Under the pieces are notes generated by a model. The model worked only from the letters and a program-made list of their open reading frames with translations. It was not told the DNA's origin and ran no database searches. Below, in pieces: positions 58,529-64,000 of a stretch of DNA of 64,000 nt; the first letter of the stretch is position 1, and each line of letters opens with the position of its first letter. A program made the translations under genes and the position numbers. The stretch is from assembly GCA_041651155.1 (NCBI GenBank), contig JBAZJU010000007.1, forward strand, positions 15,693 to 79,692, given 5' to 3'. The DNA comes from Patescibacteria group bacterium (GTDB lineage Bacteria > Patescibacteriota > Patescibacteriia > CAIXNZ01).

Positions 58529-58550
58529 GAGGCAATCGCGTGATTGCCCC
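58529..58550 (-). terminator. Terminator hairpin GGGGCAATC-loop-GATTGCCTC plus T-tract (family copy 1)
   Basis: Immediately 3' of gene 58580-59395 on the minus strand. Near-identical copies at 59443 and 60774. Confidence 0.65.
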
Positions 58551-58579
58551 TTGAGTGCTTTTGTTAAAGCTTGGAAGTG

Positions 58580-59395
58580 TTATTGTTTTTTGTTTAGTTC
58601 TTGCCAATACATGGCCAAAAAATCAATGCGCGAAGTGAAGTTCAAAGCTCCAAATATGGCGTAATTTAGCTGCTCAACAATTAATTGGCCAATTGTGGAA
58701 GTATTTTTCAAATGTGTAATTGGCTCATAAATTGTTTTCATGAGCATAGTAATTCGCTGTTGCCAATACGGTGTGTCTCTCAAGAATTGCTTAACAGCCT
58801 TGGCAAGTTCACTCTCGTATCTCTCATGAATTTGGCAGGATTCAGTTAACTTATTTAGGCAAAAAATAATTTTGGCCAGAGTCTCTGGAATTTTCTCTGC
58901 CAAAACATTCTTTGTCCAATTTTTATCCAGCCAGTTGTTTGACTGAAAAATGCCTAAAACTAAACCGAGAGTATAATAGAATGAGGCATTTTCTATAATC
59001 TTTTCCGTGGCTATTGTCTCAAAAGCATTTGAATCCAGACCTTTGTCAAAAGGTTCTGCAAATAGCTCAAGCCAAGAATTAGATTCTAGATCGCTGGCTG
59101 TCAGGGCCATCAATCCTTTGCTGATATTTTCAACTTTTTTGTGATCGTAACTTGTATTTGGATCGACAGAAAGAGTTTCTGCGCTATATCCCACAACTAA
59201 TTCTCGCAAAAGCCGAAATCTGTCTGGCCCATCTTTTGTTAATATGGCAAAAGTTTTTGCCCTAAACAAATTGTTGCTTCCTTTTTGGCCAAAAAGTATA
59301 TTGGCCATCCTGTTTTCTGTTATCATATCCATTTTCCTTCTCCTTCTTTTCTCAAAGAACTTTGTGCCTTCGCTGAAAGCGTTTAGCGTTCTCAC
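58580..59395 (-). CDS. Hypothetical alpha-helical protein, paralog A
   Basis: Shares LGLxLGIFQxNNWLDxxW and a C-terminal YAIFxxLxF segment with the next gene; no known family recognised. Confidence 0.4.
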   Translation of the reverse strand: MRTLNAFSEGTKFFEKRRRRKMDMITENRMANILFGQKGSNNLFRAKTFAILTKDGPDRFRLLRELVVGYSAETLSVDPNTSYDHKKVENISKGLMALTASDLESNSWLELFAEPFDKGLDSNAFETIATEKIIENASFYYTLGLVLGIFQSNNWLDKNWTKNVLAEKIPETLAKIIFCLNKLTESCQIHERYESELAKAVKQFLRDTPYWQQRITMLMKTIYEPITHLKNTSTIGQLIVEQLNYAIFGALNFTSRIDFLAMYWQELNKKQ

Positions 59396-59442
59396 GCTAG
59401 TTAAAACTTAGCTTAATATCTGCAAAAAGTCAATAAAAAAAA

Positions 59443-59465
59443 GAGGCAATCGTTTTGATTGCCCC
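59443..59465 (-). terminator. Terminator hairpin, family copy 2
   Basis: GAGGCAATCGTTTTGATTGCCCC on the plus strand, which is a terminator with U-tract on the minus strand. Confidence 0.65.
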
Positions 59466-59474
59466 TGGAAATTT

Positions 59475-60608
59475 TCACAAATCAGGTTGAAGTAATCTTC
59501 TGCCCGATTGCGAACAAATTTCGTTAAGAATTGTAGTTAAAGGAAGAATGGCTGTTAGAGCCCGGCCAAAAACATCCAGCTGATCAAAGATCGCGAAAGC
59601 GATTTTGTCAGCAAGAATCTGGGCCTGCATTGATAGCTCTATTTTTCCCTTTATCTTTTCATCTGCCTGTTTGATGATCTGCCAGATTATTGCCGGCTTA
59701 CTCTCGCTAAAGCTTTTGGCCAACATTTGAAAAGCGGCTTGTTCCCAGCTGCTTTCAGCATCCGATGCCAGATTGCTCGCATAAAAAAGCTCTTTATCCT
59801 CAAAAAGTTTAGGGATTGCCTGAGCAGCAATATTTTTGTCAAAATCGCGCTCTTTCCCGAGGATTGCGATGCCGTTGACACGTCCCATTAAGCTTTCTGT
59901 TCCCCACCAGGCATAGCTGATTTGATCCAAAACCAGCGTGCCGATTTTAGACAGTTCTTTTTTTCGTCGGTTTTGATTAACCAGCTTGCTCAGAACTTTT
60001 TGCACTAGGCTTAGAGTGAAATATAATCTCTCGCCTTTCCATCCAAGTCCTGGCTCGCCACGCACAAAGGCCTTGATTGCCTGGGAAAGCTGGCTTTCAT
60101 AAGTTGGATCAGGCAATAGTTGGTCAGTCAAATCAGAAAACTGATCTTTCCACAGAATAACTTCAGCGATTTCATCGTAGAAGTCGTTTTCAAAGGCCGT
60201 AAGGGTGCGCCAGTGCTGATCAAGCCAGTTTATGGCTTGAAAAAGACCGAGTGTCGTGCCTAGAATAAAAGCTGGATTTGCTTGAAGGAGATCCGTGTCT
60301 TCCTTAAACAAGTTTAAGCTAAATGGTTCGCAGATAACTTGCAGCCATTTTTCAGCCGAACCAGGCCTATAAGCCACAGCCGCGACAACTATTTTAGCGA
60401 TGTCCTGCCAGCTCTTTGTCTGCAAACAGAGACCCTTAAGGGAAGCTCTGGTTAAGCTAAAAGGATCTATAAACCCTTCTTTTTTTTCAGTTCGGGATAG
60501 GTGAGTGAAGGCCTCCAGTAAAGATTCACTGATGCTTTCACCAAAAAGTGTTTTACCTGCTGATTTAACTTCCTGTTCAATCTTAATCATTGCGTTTCTC
60601 CTTTTCAT
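59475..60608 (-). CDS. Hypothetical alpha-helical protein, paralog B
   Basis: 377 aa; paralog of 58580-59395, sharing TLGLFQAINWLDQHW and a C-terminal FAIFDQLDVF segment. Confidence 0.4.
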   Translation of the reverse strand: MKRRNAMIKIEQEVKSAGKTLFGESISESLLEAFTHLSRTEKKEGFIDPFSLTRASLKGLCLQTKSWQDIAKIVVAAVAYRPGSAEKWLQVICEPFSLNLFKEDTDLLQANPAFILGTTLGLFQAINWLDQHWRTLTAFENDFYDEIAEVILWKDQFSDLTDQLLPDPTYESQLSQAIKAFVRGEPGLGWKGERLYFTLSLVQKVLSKLVNQNRRKKELSKIGTLVLDQISYAWWGTESLMGRVNGIAILGKERDFDKNIAAQAIPKLFEDKELFYASNLASDAESSWEQAAFQMLAKSFSESKPAIIWQIIKQADEKIKGKIELSMQAQILADKIAFAIFDQLDVFGRALTAILPLTTILNEICSQSGRRLLQPDL

Positions 60609-60773
60609 TTGTTTGACCTAGTTTTTTCCAAAACTATTGTGTTCTCACGCTTTGGCCAATTTGTTTTTGGGAACCCGAATTAATTTTAAAGGAGCTTTAT
60701 CTCTTTCTTAGAGACAGAACGCTCTCGCGTAACTACACTTTAACAAATAATTTAAAAATGTCAATTAAAAAAA

Positions 60774-60795
60774 GAGGCAATCGTTTGATTGCCCC
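60774..60795 (-). terminator. Terminator hairpin, family copy 3
   Basis: GAGGCAATCGTTTGATTGCCCC. Confidence 0.65.
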
Positions 60796-60803
60796 TTGAG
60801 TTA

Positions 60804-61361
60804 TTATTCCCATTTAATATCAAGGATAGTTTTTGGCGCGCCTGCCCATTGTTTGGCCAGGATTTCAATTTTTGGGCGTTTTCCATTGTTTTGTTCAATA
60901 ATGTATTCAAACCACCCAATCAGCTGATAATTAAAAGCTTCAATCCCTTCAGCAGTTTTTTTCTTGGCAATTGAGCTGGTTTTAATGTGCCGGTCATCAA
61001 TTTTTTCAATTTCAGCGTCAAATAAGTTAAAATTGAAAAGTATTGTACGGATACCCAGCATATTGGAAATACCGCTGATTGGGTTGCCTGCTTCAACAAT
61101 CATCTTATAGATGTGGAAAATTTGAGTGGCGCTTTGTTTAGCCCAGATTCTCACAGCTTTAAAATTTTTTTTGGCAATCAGATTAAAGGCTGCCAAACCG
61201 CACCTTTCAAATGTTCCGAACGGATACCATAAATTTAAAATTCTGCCACGGATCACATCCCAATCTTCATTTTTAAGGTACTTGTTCCAGTCTAAAGACG
61301 GACTGGCTTTAATAAGCTCTTGATAAGGTAAAAGCATAACGCCTTTGACTTTTTCTTCCAT
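60804..61361 (-). CDS. Hypothetical protein
   Basis: Start set at MEEK, which has a perfect RBS AAAGGAGG 7 nt upstream on the minus strand. Unrelated in sequence to the two paralogs but carries the same terminator module. Confidence 0.4.
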   Translation of the reverse strand: MEEKVKGVMLLPYQELIKASPSLDWNKYLKNEDWDVIRGRILNLWYPFGTFERCGLAAFNLIAKKNFKAVRIWAKQSATQIFHIYKMIVEAGNPISGISNMLGIRTILFNFNLFDAEIEKIDDRHIKTSSIAKKKTAEGIEAFNYQLIGWFEYIIEQNNGKRPKIEILAKQWAGAPKTILDIKWE

Positions 61362-61558
61362 TTTACTGCCTCCTTTCAAAGGAAATTTACGTATCTCTAA
61401 CTTAACATATAATTGGCAAAAGTCAAGGGGTTTGATACAATGCGAATATATTAATGCAAATGAAACGAATTAGAATAAGCCTTAAAAATATTCGTAGCAT
61501 TCACATTAATTCGCCCGCCCGCCGAAGCTTTAGCGAAGACGGGTAGATTCGCATTTTT

Positions 61559-63025
61559 ATGTCACTTTGGCACAAACGTTTAATTATTTTTTTAAGTAAA
61601 ATTTTCGGGGTAATCCTTTTAATTATTGCCATTGCCCTGTTTTTTTATTATTATTTATATTTTAAAAAAGACAATCTGATCAAATATGTGCCGGCAAATG
61701 CCATTTTATATTCAACTTTTAAGCTAAACAATAAATTAAACGAAAATCTGCTTTTACGCCGGGACTTTGAATTATTAAAACAAGACTTTAATCTGCCAAA
61801 CTTAGATTATAAAGACTTAAACTATATGGCAGGTTACAATATGTCCGTAGCAATAATCCCAGAAGTTATTAATAATGAAATAAATTATTCTTATCTGCTG
61901 ATTATAGATTTTGACGGCAATGCTAATAAAGCTCGAGATTTAGCTCAGTCTTTTACTGAAAATAATTGGCAGGCGATTGTCTCAAATAATCAAGTAGTAA
62001 ATAAAAATATTTTTTTGGCCAGCAATTCAGCAAAAACAATGCAAACAGTTAAAAAAATCATCAGCAAAAATCAGTTGTCATTAGCGCAAAATATAAACGT
62101 GCAATTAAACCTGAATAAATTTAGCCTTGATTATCAGGGAAAAATCTATTTTGATTTTTCATATCTGGCAGATAATCTGAATAATATCAAAGATATAAAA
62201 ACAAAACTCTTAATCGCTTCCTTAAAGGCTGATAATCTAGATAATATCTATCTGGGGCTGAAAATTAAAGAGAATAAAATATTTTTACAACCGCTTGGCT
62301 TTAAAAATGAAAATCAAACAAGTCAGCCCTTAATGCAAAAAATTCCAAAAAACACCGGTCTTATTTTTAATTTTAATAATGGCCAAAAGCAATTTCAAAA
62401 AATTTACATGCTCTTATTTCAAACAGAGCAAAATTATTTCAACCAGCTGAAGAAAAATAAGGAATATCTAGAAGCCTTATATGGGTTTAACCTTAATAAT
62501 GATATTCTCGCCTTGTTTTCCAATCATGCTGAAATTATTGCTGATAATGACAATCATTATATTCTGGCAATTAACCTTGAATCAGATTTAAATATAACTG
62601 AAAAAGTTAATAAACTAGAAAATATTATTAAACAATATGTGGCGCAACAAAATCCTATTAATAAAGTAAAAACCTTGCCAGACAAGACTCAAATTATCCA
62701 GATCACTAAACAACCACAAAATTACAATTTCCAAACTGAGGAAATAAATAATGTTCCTATCCATTATTTAATTGATTCTCACGAATATGCATATTTTATC
62801 CAAAATAATACATTATTCTTGGCCAATTCTAAAGAAAAATTAGAAAAACTAGCCAATTCTGAAGATCTAATTGATTATAATGCTTTTAATAATTGCCAAA
62901 ATAACCCGGAATTATACATAAAAAATGAGCTTATGGCGTCTTATTGGCCAAATTTAGCCAAATATATAGCATCCATCTCATTTTTAAGCACTGAAAATGG
63001 TGAATTTTCGCTATGCTTAGAGTAA
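61559..63025 (+). CDS. Membrane-anchored extracytoplasmic protein, hypothetical
   Basis: N-terminal signal anchor (VILLIIAIALFFYYYLYF); 488 aa, Asn/Lys-rich soluble domain. Confidence 0.45.
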   Translation: MSLWHKRLIIFLSKIFGVILLIIAIALFFYYYLYFKKDNLIKYVPANAILYSTFKLNNKLNENLLLRRDFELLKQDFNLPNLDYKDLNYMAGYNMSVAIIPEVINNEINYSYLLIIDFDGNANKARDLAQSFTENNWQAIVSNNQVVNKNIFLASNSAKTMQTVKKIISKNQLSLAQNINVQLNLNKFSLDYQGKIYFDFSYLADNLNNIKDIKTKLLIASLKADNLDNIYLGLKIKENKIFLQPLGFKNENQTSQPLMQKIPKNTGLIFNFNNGQKQFQKIYMLLFQTEQNYFNQLKKNKEYLEALYGFNLNNDILALFSNHAEIIADNDNHYILAINLESDLNITEKVNKLENIIKQYVAQQNPINKVKTLPDKTQIIQITKQPQNYNFQTEEINNVPIHYLIDSHEYAYFIQNNTLFLANSKEKLEKLANSEDLIDYNAFNNCQNNPELYIKNELMASYWPNLAKYIASISFLSTENGEFSLCLE

Positions 63026-63379
63026 AAATTCAATTTTGTGGACAACCTGGGGAAAAGATTTAAAATTAGCCAAATTATATAAAATTTAATAAACTGAAAT
63101 TCCTTTATCAAAATTTATAAATTATCATTATTTTAGCTAATTCTAGATAAAATTTAATAGTTATTAACATCCAAAACTTGACAAAATGTCTCAAGATTGC
63201 TATAATGACAATATAATAATAGTTCTTTCACATAACCAGAGAAATTGAGCGAAAACAGCAATTTTGGCTAAATTTCCCTGCCTTTCACTGCCTTATTCAG
63301 GATTCACTTGGGAGAATCCCAAAAATAAAAATAAAACTCTTATCCTTTCTTATATTTTTATAAACTACGGCTTAGTTTT

Positions 63380-63560
63380 AAGCCAAAGGACGGTGAAAGG
63401 TCGCACTTTCACATAGTTCCAAGGGAAGTCAAACCGACTTCATCAAACTTTTAACGGCTCGCGTAAGGCGGGCGCTAAACTAATGAAGTCGAGGCCTCGT
63501 CAGGTCATAAAATAATTTTATATGGACCGAAGCACGAGGCCTTTTCATTTTGCCAAAATT
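63380..63560 (+). other. Hairpin-rich, relatively GC-rich intergenic segment ending in a terminator-like structure (possible small RNA)
   Basis: Local hairpins GTGAAAGgtcgcaCTTTCAC and GAAGTCaaaccGACTTC; a palindromic CGAGGCCTCG; GGCCTCGT...ACGAGGCC followed by TTTTCATTTT; no ORF. Direct ACTAAT motifs follow at 63620-63660. Confidence 0.2.
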
Positions 63561-63769
63561 TTACCAAATACTTGCTTTTTTCAATAATCTTGTTTATACT
63601 ATTTATTACTGTTTGATTTTGATATAATATTAATAAGGTTACTAATTCACTAATTCTTTACTAATCTACTAATTTTTCTATCTTTTATCTATTAGCAGAT
63701 TAGCATCCATAAGGAACAAATTTCAAATTAAACCAATTTTAATAAAGTTAAGCGTGAAAATTAAACATA

Positions 63770-64000
63770 TGAAAGCAGACATATTAGAAAAAATTAAAAA
63801 AGACCTTATTCTTCGCAAAGAACAAATTGAAAAAGAATTAGCCAGTTTTACAAAAAAAGACGAATTTGTTAAAGACAATTATCGTTCTGGATTTCCTGAT
63901 TATGGCGATAAAGAAGATGAAAATGCCGAGGAAGTCGCTCAATATACAGATAACCTTTCTATTGAATATTCATTAGAAAAAACTTTACGCGATATTAATA
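63770..64000 (+). CDS. Partial CDS (3' end beyond window), possibly TraR/DksA-family
   Basis: N-terminal coiled-coil-like KEQIEKELASF, with an acidic DENAEEVAQYTD...LEKTLRDIN segment resembling the DksA N-terminus. The zinc-finger part would lie outside the window. Confidence 0.3.

Noticed and set aside
1-64000. CRISPR arrays, rRNA genes, transposase/IS elements
   Set aside because: No regularly spaced direct repeats with unique spacers, no rRNA-like conserved stretches, and no DDE or HUH transposase-like ORFs were seen. The only recombinase is the tyrosine recombinase at 48531-49469.

Overview
This is a low-GC, minus-strand-dominated window that looks like a Candidate Phyla Radiation (Patescibacteria)-type genome or a similar small-genome Gram-positive-like bacterium. 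The lineage call rests on composition and gene content only.

Gene content, in order:
1. About 1-21.6 kb is a contiguous minus-strand cell-surface glycan biosynthesis cluster. It holds large GT-C-like membrane proteins, GT2 and GT4 transferases, the GDP-fucose pathway (gmd/fcl), an asparagine synthetase paralog, four SAM methyltransferase domains, a B12-binding radical SAM protein and a Wzx-like flippase.
2. A two-component system (histidine kinase and OmpR-type regulator) flanks an unusual GNAT + Elp3/YhcC-like radical SAM fusion protein.
3. Purine genes follow: purN, and a PurL-PurM fusion of 1652 aa.
4. A block of singleton hypothetical, secreted or lipoproteins (36.4-40.9 kb) carries reused terminator-promoter-leader modules.
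5. Next comes a MacAB-like ABC efflux unit with an ECF sigma factor and a putative anti-sigma protein.
6. tRNA-His and tRNA-Arg sit beside a tyrosine recombinase, a TrmB-like regulator and a tight cluster of five tiny membrane and zinc-ribbon genes.
7. A PgeF/YfiH gene precedes a promoter- and terminator-bounded ~310 nt candidate structured ncRNA (possibly RNase P RNA) flanked by 95-bp direct repeats rich in ATACTAAT motifs.
8. The rpsO-pnp operon follows, then three tandem minus-strand genes sharing near-identical terminator hairpins.

No CRISPR array and no rRNA are present. Every functional call is read from motifs in the supplied translations; no database search was possible.
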